Shown: positions 1 through 7,025, counted from the stretch's first letter. The stretch is DNA of 26,495 bases from an uncultured Clostridia bacterium (GCA_934647235.1 CAKUFG010000031.1:1-26495); one strand, 5' to 3'. Notes: generated by a model not told the origin, from the letters alone. A program made the numbers and translations.

Positions 1-108
1 GCTCAATGAGGCAACGAGTATTTGAGCAATACCTTGCTCAAATACGACTATGCCGAATTGCGGACAAGGTGTCGAGCCGCAGCGAGACGGATGAGAGGGA
101 ATGCAGCA
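1..108 (+). repeat. Repeat module A (copy 1). Contains a 12-bp-stem palindrome GTATTTGAGCAA/TTGCTCAAATAC (18-45) and the motif GGTGTCGAGC..GAGACGGATGAG.GGGAA. It is the inverted partner of 12324-12432.
   Basis: The reverse complement of 12324-12432 aligns base for base with 1-108, with about eight differences counted by eye. The window edge may truncate the copy. Confidence 0.85.
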
Positions 109-139
109 CGTTGCGTATGCTGGAAATGGCGGCCAACCA

Positions 140-460
140 AAGCCTTCTCCTCAAGGAGAAGCCTTTTGGTGGCCGTTCTATCCAACTATTGCGAGCTGTC
201 ACGCATGATTTATATGTCCAACAAATGCCCCTGCGGCACGCCGATGCAATCGGCGCGGGCTGGTGCAGCCAGACCATAGGGGAAAAAGGCAGAAACGCAC
301 GGATGGAGCTTGCTCCAGGCCGGGCGGTTCAAGTTTTTCCCTGCCGCAGAGGGATGACCAGGGATACACCCAATTTAACCCAATAGGCTTTCATGGCCAC
401 AACGCAGGTTCTTTGGTACTTTCTTGGCTCAAGAAAGTACCGTCTCCCCTCGTTTCTCCC
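140..460 (+). repeat. Composite hairpin-rich element B (copy 1)
   Basis: Colinear by eye with 12891-13230 (same strand) and 8598-9033 (opposite strand). Contains hairpins at 144-161, 239-255 and 305-316, and a terminal palindrome GGTACTTTCTTG/CAAGAAAGTACC at 415-441. Confidence 0.8.
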
Positions 461-513
461 CCGTAACCCCCGTCCCCCTGTTCCCCCCTTCCCCTACAGA
501 AAGGAGTCATCCC

Positions 514-873
514 ATGCCTGATCTTACCCCGCAGCTGCGCAAGCTGCTGCAAGCGATCATCCCCTGTGCGCAGGGGCAGTATCCCGCGCAGGAGGCGGCG
601 TTTCCCTGCGCGGTGATATACGAAAGCGGCAACGCCGTGCAGGCGCGCTGCGACGGCCGCGCCCATCTGCACGCGCTTGAATATACCGTTGAAATCTGGG
701 CCTTTTCTCTGGGCGAAGCCCACGCCCTGTCCGTGCGCGCGGACGAAGCCCTGGCAAGCCTGGGACTGAGCCGCAGCGCCTGCACCGACCTGTACGATGA
801 AGACCTGCGCGTCCATCGCCGCGTGATGCGCTACCGCGCGCTGTGCGATGAAAGCGGCGTGCTGACCCAGTAA
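514..873 (+). CDS. Phage tail terminator / tail-completion protein (DUF3168-like)
   Basis: ATG at 514 lies 7 nt after AAAGGAG, an internal start within track ORF 424..873. The ~119-aa size, the position directly upstream of the major tail protein and the sequence pattern resemble DUF3168-type proteins. Confidence 0.6.
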   Translation: MPDLTPQLRKLLQAIIPCAQGQYPAQEAAFPCAVIYESGNAVQARCDGRAHLHALEYTVEIWAFSLGEAHALSVRADEALASLGLSRSACTDLYDEDLRVHRRVMRYRALCDESGVLTQ

Positions 874-893
874 CAATAAAAGGAGGAATTTTT

Positions 894-1307
894 ATGGCCA
901 CCAAAAGCCTTGGCACCACCTTTGCCTTTACGCCCGCAGGCGGCTCGGCCGCCAAAATCGGCCAGCTCTCCGCCATCAGCGAGCTTAACTGCGACAGCGA
1001 GCTGATCGACGTGACCACCCTGAGCGAGCAGAGCGGCTGCCGCCGGTTTATCCAGGGCGCGCGCGACGCGGGCGAAATCCGCCTGACGGGCTTCCATCTG
1101 AAAACCGACGCGGGTCAGGCCGCCCTGCGCTCCGCCTATGAAAGCGGCAAGGCAGGCACGGCGCGCATCGATTTTCCCGACGGCGCGGCCTATACCTTTC
1201 CCGCCCTGGTCAAAAGCTGCTCGCTGGGCGCGGCGCAGGTGGACGGCGCAATCGGCTTTGGCTGTGTGCTGCGCGTGAACGGCGCGGTGGAAAGCGTGAC
1301 CGCCTGA
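894..1307 (+). CDS. Phage major tail protein (TP901-1/phi13-like small MTP)
   Basis: AAGGAGG RBS. The 137-aa protein shows the typical pattern (GTTFAF..., ELIDVTTL..., FIQGARDAGEI) and lies in the position ahead of the chaperone gene. Confidence 0.75.
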   Translation: MATKSLGTTFAFTPAGGSAAKIGQLSAISELNCDSELIDVTTLSEQSGCRRFIQGARDAGEIRLTGFHLKTDAGQAALRSAYESGKAGTARIDFPDGAAYTFPALVKSCSLGAAQVDGAIGFGCVLRVNGAVESVTA

Positions 1308-1816
1308 TGCCTGTCTATGTGGAGATTGCAGGCCGCGCCTACCCCCTGCGCTTTACGCTGCGCGGGGCGCTGCGGCTGCTGGAGCTGACGGGCCAGACGC
1401 CCATGGAGCTGCTGACCCCCGGCCTTCGCAATACCGCGCTGCTGCTCTACGCCGCGCTGTGCGACGGCTGCCCGCACGTTACCCTGTCCCAGGCCGCCGC
1501 GCTGTGCGCTGCCGCCGCCAAGGAGCGAGACACGCTGTCCCGCCTGCTCAGCGCCCTGGCGCTGGCGCTGTCCGAGAGCGGGTTGGATCAGGCCCGGCTG
1601 GATCGGGATACCCTGCGCCGCCTGCTGCGCGCCGCCCGGCGCGCGGGCTATCCGCAGCCGCTTGCGCTGCTGGACGCTACCTATTGCGAGCTGTGCGAGG
1701 CGCTGGAGGACTTTCTGGGCCGCTGCAGCACGGCTCCTGCTGTCCCCATGACCGATCGCCAGATGCAGGGCGTGATGCGCGCCCTGGCGGAAAGGAGCAA
1801 GCATGACCACCCTTGA
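1307..1816 (+). CDS. Tail assembly chaperone (gpG-position protein)
   Basis: The start overlaps the MTP stop (TGATG). It lies between the MTP and the tape-measure-position gene, and the protein is helical and Ala/Leu-rich. No convincing slippery site was seen. Confidence 0.5.
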   Translation: MPVYVEIAGRAYPLRFTLRGALRLLELTGQTPMELLTPGLRNTALLLYAALCDGCPHVTLSQAAALCAAAAKERDTLSRLLSALALALSESGLDQARLDRDTLRRLLRAARRAGYPQPLALLDATYCELCEALEDFLGRCSTAPAVPMTDRQMQGVMRALAERSKHDHP

Positions 1817-2222
1817 TACGCTGTGCGTCCGCCTGGAAGCGGAGGCCGGCAGTTTGTTTCAGGATCTGGATACGCTGGAAGACCGTCTGACCGCCCTGCG
1901 CGGGCAGAGCGGCCAGCGCGTTTCCCTGCCGGCCGAGCTGGAAATGCGCCTGAGCGTCACCGCCGACGAGGCCATCGCCGGCGCGCTGCGCGGGGCGGGC
2001 GATACGCTGTCCGCCGCCGTGCAGGGGCACGATGTGCAGCTGGGCGGCGCGCTGGCCGAGGCGCAGCAAGCCATGGCCGCCGCGCTGCAAAGCGCGGTCA
2101 ATAAGCTCAGCGCGTCCCTGAACGTGACCGTGCCCGTGTATATTGACAGCACGCGCGTAGCCAACGCCGTCGTCAATCAGGTGCGCCGCCGGTTGGTATC
2201 CGGCGGGCGCAGCCTGGCTTAA
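1803..2222 (+). CDS. Tape-measure-position protein, only 139 aa (mini-TMP candidate)
   Basis: It has its own RBS (AAAGGAG 7 nt upstream of the ATG). The protein is a low-complexity Ala/Leu/Gln-rich predicted helix ending in VPVYIDSTRVANAVVNQV. It occupies the syntenic slot between the chaperone and the Dit-position gene. Confidence 0.45.
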   Translation: MTTLDTLCVRLEAEAGSLFQDLDTLEDRLTALRGQSGQRVSLPAELEMRLSVTADEAIAGALRGAGDTLSAAVQGHDVQLGGALAEAQQAMAAALQSAVNKLSASLNVTVPVYIDSTRVANAVVNQVRRRLVSGGRSLA

Positions 2223-2236
2223 AGGAGGGATGCGCA

Positions 2237-2593
2237 ATGGCGATGCTGACCTTAAACGGCGCCGCGCTGCCTGATCCCTCCGCCCTGAGCGTGGAATTGC
2301 AGGATGCGCTTTTATCCGCCCGGCGCACGCTGTCGGGCGCGGCCAGCGTGTCCCGCGCCGCCGTCAAGCGCCGCGTGCGCTGCTTTTGGGCGTATATGCC
2401 CGCGGCGCAGCTGGCCGCCATGCTCTCGGCCCTGGCGGGCAGCGCAGTAACGACGCTGTCCTATCCCGATCCGCTGACCGGCCAAAGCCGCGCCATGCAG
2501 GCCTATTGCGGCGAGCGCAGCGTGGGCCTTGCCCGGCAAAGCGGCGGCGAGACGGTGTGGACGGGCGTTGAAATCATCTTTATGGAGGCATGA
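2237..2593 (+). CDS. Small distal-tail-position protein (Dit N-domain-like, 118 aa)
   Basis: AAAGGAGG RBS, position immediately upstream of the Tal-like gene, and a stop that overlaps the next start (ATGA). Confidence 0.4.
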   Translation: MAMLTLNGAALPDPSALSVELQDALLSARRTLSGAASVSRAAVKRRVRCFWAYMPAAQLAAMLSALAGSAVTTLSYPDPLTGQSRAMQAYCGERSVGLARQSGGETVWTGVEIIFMEA

Positions 2594-5499
2594 GCATGGA
2601 TTACCAAACCGCCATTTCAGCCGCCTGCCGCACGCTGACCGCGCGGGGAAGCCTGACGCTGACGACGGGCTATACCTACGCGCTGGCGGCAGACGATATC
2701 CTGTCCTTCCGGTTTGAGGAGGGCGTGCAGGGCGGCGATATGCTGCTGGGCGGCGCGGTGGGCGCGCATGGGCAGCTGACGCTGGCCAGCCCTGCGGGCG
2801 CATGGCTGCCGGGCGGCGGCAGGCTTGGCACACGCACGCTGAACGGCGCAATTGCAGCGCTGGAAATCGGCGTGCTGGCCGGGGATGAAACGCTGTATCA
2901 GCCCTGCGGACGCTTTATCGTCAGCCGCATTGAAAGCGGCGAGGGGCAGGACAGCGTTACCCTGTCGGGCTATGACGAGATGGTGCACACCCTGGCCGCG
3001 CCCTTTACCGATGGGCTGACCTATCCGCAGCCGCTCAGCGCAGTGCTTGCGCACATCCTGGCGCAGTGCGATCTGCCCTATGATACGCTGCCGGACTGCA
3101 ACGGCGCGGTGAGCATCCCCGCCCGCCCCGATTGGGGCGAGGGCTGCACGCTGCGCCGGGCGCTGGGCATGGCCGCAGGAGCGATGGGCTGCTTTGCGCG
3201 CGTCACCCCGCAGGGCAGGATTCGCCTGCAAAGCGTGTGGCCTGCCAGCTTCCGCGCGCTGGCGGCGGGCAAATGCCTGTCGATGTCGCTGTCAAGCCTG
3301 GACTTTGCGCTCAACCGCGTGCGCGCCGTCAATAGCGGCAATGAAGAAACGCCCCTGGCCGAGGCCGCGCTCAACGCTGCGCTGCCTGCCGGGGCCAGCA
3401 ATACCCTGGAGCTCCGCGATAACGCGCTGCTGCGCGCAGGAAGCGCCCAAAGCCTGACAAGCGGCCTTCTTGCCGCCCTGAGCGGCATGACGGTCACGCC
3501 CTTTGAAGCGGATATTCCGGGCGACCCGACGCTGGAAATCGGCCAGCGTCTGCGCATTACCGATCTGCGCGGCGCGGCGCACGACAGCTGCGTGTTTGCC
3601 CGCACGCTCAGCTTTGGCCAGGATTTTACGGTGTCCCTGTCCTGCGATCCGGATACCTCAGGTGTCAGCCTGCCCCGCGCGCTGGCCGGCAGCGGACTGC
3701 TCAGCTCCGCCGCGCTGGGCGACGGCGTGGTCACGGCGCGCAACCTGGCCGTGGGCGCGGTGGACGCGGAGGCCATCAGCGCGCGCAGCATCACGGCGGA
3801 TAAGCTCGCCCTGGGCACGCTGACGGGCGAGAGCGGGGTGTTTGGCAGCCTGTCGGCCGATCTGATCACGGCAGGCAAGCTCAGCGCCGACCGGCTGATC
3901 ATCGGCGGCTCGGAGTTTTCCATCGTGCGCGCGCTCAACCAGCTGGCGCAGTCGCTGGCGGAGGCCGACACCCGCATCGACGGCGGCGTGCTGGCCGACC
4001 GCACGATCAGCGCCGTCAAGGTAACGGATGATTTCGGCGCGGGACTGGAGCTGTCCAGCAACCAGGCCATCCTGATGCTGGCGGGCAAGCTGGACGGCAC
4101 CAACAGCCACCTGGAGCTGACCCAGGACGCCATCAACATGGTGGGCGGCGACGTCAACATCGCCACGGACTCGCTGCAGATTCGCGGCGTTGATGCAGGC
4201 GACGAGCGCATGATCCTGGATCAGGAGGGTCTGAGCGCCCCGCGCGTGGTGGTGAAGGATCACTTTTCCGCGCCCAACGCCGTGCTCAGGCACCTGACCT
4301 CCGACGCGCCCTGGCAGGGCGGCATTCAATCCACCCTGGACGCGCTGCCCCGCTGCCTTACCAAGCCCGTTACCGTCGTTGTGCCTGCCGGAACCTACCT
4401 GGAAAGCGTGGTCGTTGCGGGCTTCTGGGGCGAGGCGCTTACGCTTGCCTTCACGCCGGGCGTATACCTGCGCGGCACGGTGGAAATCCGCCACTGCGGC
4501 GAAATCACGCTGGAGGCGGCGGCCCTGGGCGATGCGTGCATATATCCGCCCGTTCCGCAGCCTGCCCTGTCCGCCCGCGCCGTGCAGCGGCTGACGCTCA
4601 GAAACCTGTATATATCGGGCTATCGCGGGCGCTCCGCCGCCGCCGACGGCAGCGCGTACTGCGTGCAGGCCCTGGGCTGCAATACGGTGATCGAGGGCTG
4701 CGGGCTGGAGTATTCCGGCAGCGCCTGCCTGTACGCGGCGGGCGGCACGGCCAGCATGCGCGCCTGCCTGGGCGGCTGCACAGGCGATAACCCCGCCACC
4801 AACGCCAACCTGGGCTATGCCGCCTGCGGCGCGCAGGGCGCGCACATCGCGCTGGAGGATATCTACCCCCTGGCCTTTATCGCCCATTACTGCGGCAGCG
4901 GCATGGCCACCTACCGTGTGGGCACAGGCTGCGTGGGCACGGCGGGCGGCATGAGCGAGCCGGGCAGCGCGCGGGTGACACGCACCTTCCTGCCCAGCTT
5001 CCACTGCACCTATTCGGGCAGCAGCCGCAAGGCGTATCCCGACAACAAGGTGATCTGGCAGGGCGTGTACGGCCAGTACCGCGCGGGCTATAACGATTTC
5101 CATATCGGCACGCTGTGGTTCAACGAGGCCTCGGCCGCGCTGGCGGGCAAGACCATCCACCAGGCCACGCTGAGCCTGCGCCGCTCCAACGGCGGCTCTT
5201 CCGCCGCGCGCAATGTGTATCTGGGCTCCGTAGCCCTGCGCCAGGCGGACTGGGACACCACCTATCGCCCGGCCTTTACCGCGCCCACAGCGCTGCCCGC
5301 CTATCCGGCCGGCCAGCTCAAGCGCGAATGCGAGGGCGTGTACGACGTCACCAGCCTGATGCCCGCCGTGCAGCAGGGCTACGGCATCGGCGTATACGAG
5401 CCCTGCGCGGCCTACAGCGGCAGCTACTCGCCGCACTACACCATGTTCTACGCCCTGGGCAGCGATTTTGTGCCCGTGCTGACCGTTGCCTACAGCTGA
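2590..5499 (+). CDS. Tail-associated (Tal-like) protein fused to fibre and receptor-binding/depolymerase-like domains, 969 aa
   Basis: The N-terminal ~230 aa resemble prophage-tail/Tal hub domains (DILSFRFEEG..., CGRFIVSRIE...SVTLSGYDEM). The middle carries fibre-type repeats (AVDAEAISARSITADKLALGTL, ITAGKLSADRLIIGG). A Cys/Gly-periodic beta-helix-like segment follows. ATG 2596, 7 nt after GGAGG, may be the true start. Confidence 0.8.
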   Translation: MSMDYQTAISAACRTLTARGSLTLTTGYTYALAADDILSFRFEEGVQGGDMLLGGAVGAHGQLTLASPAGAWLPGGGRLGTRTLNGAIAALEIGVLAGDETLYQPCGRFIVSRIESGEGQDSVTLSGYDEMVHTLAAPFTDGLTYPQPLSAVLAHILAQCDLPYDTLPDCNGAVSIPARPDWGEGCTLRRALGMAAGAMGCFARVTPQGRIRLQSVWPASFRALAAGKCLSMSLSSLDFALNRVRAVNSGNEETPLAEAALNAALPAGASNTLELRDNALLRAGSAQSLTSGLLAALSGMTVTPFEADIPGDPTLEIGQRLRITDLRGAAHDSCVFARTLSFGQDFTVSLSCDPDTSGVSLPRALAGSGLLSSAALGDGVVTARNLAVGAVDAEAISARSITADKLALGTLTGESGVFGSLSADLITAGKLSADRLIIGGSEFSIVRALNQLAQSLAEADTRIDGGVLADRTISAVKVTDDFGAGLELSSNQAILMLAGKLDGTNSHLELTQDAINMVGGDVNIATDSLQIRGVDAGDERMILDQEGLSAPRVVVKDHFSAPNAVLRHLTSDAPWQGGIQSTLDALPRCLTKPVTVVVPAGTYLESVVVAGFWGEALTLAFTPGVYLRGTVEIRHCGEITLEAAALGDACIYPPVPQPALSARAVQRLTLRNLYISGYRGRSAAADGSAYCVQALGCNTVIEGCGLEYSGSACLYAAGGTASMRACLGGCTGDNPATNANLGYAACGAQGAHIALEDIYPLAFIAHYCGSGMATYRVGTGCVGTAGGMSEPGSARVTRTFLPSFHCTYSGSSRKAYPDNKVIWQGVYGQYRAGYNDFHIGTLWFNEASAALAGKTIHQATLSLRRSNGGSSAARNVYLGSVALRQADWDTTYRPAFTAPTALPAYPAGQLKRECEGVYDVTSLMPAVQQGYGIGVYEPCAAYSGSYSPHYTMFYALGSDFVPVLTVAYS

Positions 5500-5556
5500 G
5501 CATAGGATAAAACAGGGCGCGTGCGCCCTGCTCAGGGTGGGAAAGGAGCTTTTAAT

Positions 5557-5970
5557 ATGAATCATTTTTTCAAGGGCCTTGCCGGCGCGCTCAGCGCGGT
5601 GGGGGCGTATCTTGTGTATCTGCTGGGCGGCTGGGATGCGGCGCTGACGGTGATGTTTGTGCTGATGGGGCTGGACTACGCCACAGGCCTGCTGACGGCC
5701 TTCATGGGCAAAAGTCCCAAGACGCAGGGCGGTGGCTTCCGCTCCTCGGTAGCCTTTATCGGCATCAGCAAAAAGCTGATGATGGTGGCCATCGTGATGC
5801 TGGCCACGGCGCTGGACCGCCTGACGGGCGACAGCAGTATCTGCCGCAGCGCGGCCATTGGCTTTTACGCGGCCAACGAGGGCTTATCCATCATGGAAAA
5901 CGCCGCCGCGCTGGGCGTGCCGCTGCCCAAGGCGCTCAGGGACGTAATGGAGCGCCTGGACGAAAAATAA
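5557..5970 (+). CDS. Holin, toxin-secretion/phage-lysis (TcdE-like, Phage_holin_4_1) family
   Basis: GAAAGGAG RBS and three hydrophobic segments. Hallmark motifs are LMGLDYATGLL, GISKKLMM and NEGLSIMENAAALGVPLP. Confidence 0.9.
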   Translation: MNHFFKGLAGALSAVGAYLVYLLGGWDAALTVMFVLMGLDYATGLLTAFMGKSPKTQGGGFRSSVAFIGISKKLMMVAIVMLATALDRLTGDSSICRSAAIGFYAANEGLSIMENAAALGVPLPKALRDVMERLDEK

Positions 5971-5996
5971 GCCTTGAGCGCGCCTGAGCCGCGCTG

Positions 5997-6028
5997 CCGC
6001 CGCGAGCTGCCGTTCGCGGCGGTTTTCT
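5997..6028 (+). terminator. Rho-independent terminator after the holin
   Basis: Stem CCGCCGCGA/TCGCGGCGG followed by TTTTCTG. Confidence 0.7.
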
Positions 6029-6035
6029 GTCGGAC

Positions 6036-6061
6036 GGCGGACATATCCGCCCTCTTTTTTT
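6036..6061 (+). terminator. Second tandem terminator
   Basis: Stem GGCGGA-CATA-TCCGCC followed by CTCTTTTTTT. Confidence 0.65.
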
Positions 6062-6129
6062 ACGCAATCCGCAGCGCGGCCAGGCATTTGATGGATTTTC
6101 ACATCAAATCATGTTTTTTCGCACCGTTA

Positions 6130-6158
6130 TTGACAATCAAGCATAAAACGGCTATACT
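6130..6158 (+). promoter_or_regulatory. Sigma-70-type promoter of the Cro-like gene
   Basis: TTGACA (6130-6135), 17-nt spacer, TATACT (6153-6158). An 8-bp inverted repeat ATTTGATG/CATCAAAT at 6086-6109 lies just upstream and is a candidate operator. Confidence 0.75.
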
Positions 6159-6208
6159 TGTTCTCGTCGTTAACGGGAACATATGTTCGTATCAAAGGAG
6201 GCTGAAGT

Positions 6209-6487
6209 ATGAGCAAACGCACGATTATATACCGCAACGTGGCGGCGCGCATGGCGCTGCTGGGCATTAAAAAAAGCGAGCTGGCCAGGCTGCTGAACAT
6301 CAACTGCTCCACCCTGCAGGCAAAGCTGCGCGGGCAGTCGTCCTTCTCGCTGGACGAGGCCATTGAAATCAAGGATATTCTGCGCTCCGGCGCGGCGCTG
6401 GAGGACTTCTTCGCCCGCACCGAGGCGGACAGCCTGCCCCGGCCCAATCAGGAAAAAATCTATGCCAGCACCAAGACAACGGCCTGA
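6209..6487 (+). CDS. Phage Cro-like HTH regulator (DUF739/XRE-like)
   Basis: AAAGGAGG RBS. The HTH pattern GIKKSELARLLNINCSTLQAKLRG..FSLDEAIEIKDIL...EDFF is typical of small phage Cro/DUF739 proteins. Confidence 0.7.
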   Translation: MSKRTIIYRNVAARMALLGIKKSELARLLNINCSTLQAKLRGQSSFSLDEAIEIKDILRSGAALEDFFARTEADSLPRPNQEKIYASTKTTA

Positions 6488-6917
6488 AAACGAGCTGCGC
6501 GCCGAGCGGTATCTGGGCCGGGTCAGCGCCCTGCAAAGCGAGATCACCTGCCAGCTGCAGCACCTTCGGGCGCTGCGGGCGCATGGCCGCACGGCCGCGG
6601 GCGCGCAGGATGTGCTTGCGCCCCTGCGGCTGCGGCAGGTGCAGCGGCGGCTGGAGCAGCTGCAGAGCACGCTGGACCGAGCGCAGCGGGAGGTGGCCTG
6701 GGCCATCGGCCGCCTGCCCAATCCCCGCGCGCGCACGCTGATGGAGATGCGCTATCTCTCCTGCCTGACCTGGGATGAGATTGCCCAGGCGCTCTATGCC
6801 TCGCCACGCGCCGCGCTGCGCATGCATCAGCGCGCGCTGCGGCAGATTGATATTCTGCTGTCGGAATCGCCGGGCGGCCCGCCCCTTTCTTCCCTGAACG
6901 CAAAAGCGCTGAAATAA
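6462..6917 (+). CDS. DUF1492-like phage transcriptional regulator with a sigma-70 region-4-type HTH
   Basis: The C-terminal motif RTLMEMRYLSCLTWDEIAQALYASPRAALRMHQRALRQI resembles sigma region 4 and DUF1492/ArpU-type late regulators. The start at ATG 6462 is an internal M of track ORF 6363..6917 with a weak RBS, so the start is uncertain. Confidence 0.6.
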   Translation: MPAPRQRPENELRAERYLGRVSALQSEITCQLQHLRALRAHGRTAAGAQDVLAPLRLRQVQRRLEQLQSTLDRAQREVAWAIGRLPNPRARTLMEMRYLSCLTWDEIAQALYASPRAALRMHQRALRQIDILLSESPGGPPLSSLNAKALK

Positions 6918-6940
6918 GCGCCGCAGGCTGCGAAAGAAAA

Positions 6941-6970
6941 TTGACACGCGGCATGCGAAAATGCTATAAT
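6941..6970 (+). promoter_or_regulatory. Sigma-70-type promoter of gpmI
   Basis: TTGACA (6941-6946), 18-nt spacer with TGC extended -10, TATAAT (6965-6970). Confidence 0.75.
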
Positions 6971-7025
6971 ATTCCGGCGTTTGAAAAGCGCCAAGCGATT
7001 ATATAGGGAAGGAAATGAACCTGTT

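Larger units (their letters stand above)
514..6917 (+). mobile_element. Prophage remnant or tail-only phage-derived cassette: tail module, holin, and Cro-like plus DUF1492-like regulators. No integrase, head, terminase or endolysin gene lies within the window.
   Basis: Gene order and protein motifs of the constituent ORFs. Starts and stops are tightly coupled (TGATG at 1305-1309, ATGA at 2590-2593). Confidence 0.7.

Noticed and set aside
290-335. Resemblance of CGGATGGAGCTTGCTCC..GGGCGG (and 13040-13075 CGAACGGAGGAAAGCTTGCTTTC..GGGCGG) to the 5' helix-6 region of 16S rRNA (..GAACGGA..GCTTGC..GGCGGACGGGTGAG).
   Set aside because: The similarity is limited to a short hairpin with a CUUG loop and a few flanking bases. 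The conserved 16S flanks (GCAAGTCGA upstream, ACGGGTGAGTAA downstream) are absent, so this is not an rRNA fragment.
318-345. tRNA T-loop-like GGTTCAAG in repeat B (and GGTTCGGAG at 8843).
   Set aside because: No 5-bp T-stem, acceptor stem or anticodon arm can be formed around it. No tRNA gene is supported anywhere in the window.
6-386. ORFs running through the repeat arrays (6-386, 22-279, 8816-9427, 12427-12630, 12898-13374, 13058-13294).
   Set aside because: They traverse palindromic modules that occur in both orientations. The frames are not conserved between the repeat copies, and no RBS is present. They are most likely non-coding.
1307-2222. Programmed frameshift (gpG/gpGT type) joining the chaperone ORF to the -1 frame ORF 1459-1806 or to the 1803-2222 ORF.
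   Set aside because: The -1 frame ORF ends before the zero-frame stop, so it gives no extension. The 1803 ORF has its own well-spaced RBS and ATG. No X_XXY_YYZ slippery heptamer was seen near the chaperone 3' end.
4900-5499. Diversity-generating retroelement target at the 3' end of the fibre gene.
   Set aside because: No template-repeat copy of the gene's 3' end and no reverse transcriptase gene is visible in the window.
3658-5565. A 635-aa minus-strand ORF antisense to the tail fibre gene. Similar long ORFs occur at 6999-9113(-), 9605-10663(+), 13835-14812(-), 14830-15660(-), 15075-16913(-), 16189-17253(-), 17703-19721(-), 20384-21418(+), 21364-22554(+), 23742-24707(+), 25350-26480(+) and others.
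   Set aside because: These are shadow ORFs typical of GC-rich DNA. The translations are Ala/Arg/Gly/His-rich low-complexity sequences with no recognisable motifs and no RBS. Each overlaps a gene on the other strand or frame that has clear family signatures.
5974-6270. A 98-aa plus-strand ORF in the holin/cro intergenic region as a possible endolysin or repressor remnant.
   Set aside because: It spans two terminators and the promoter, has no RBS and no recognisable motif, and shows AT-rich non-coding composition.
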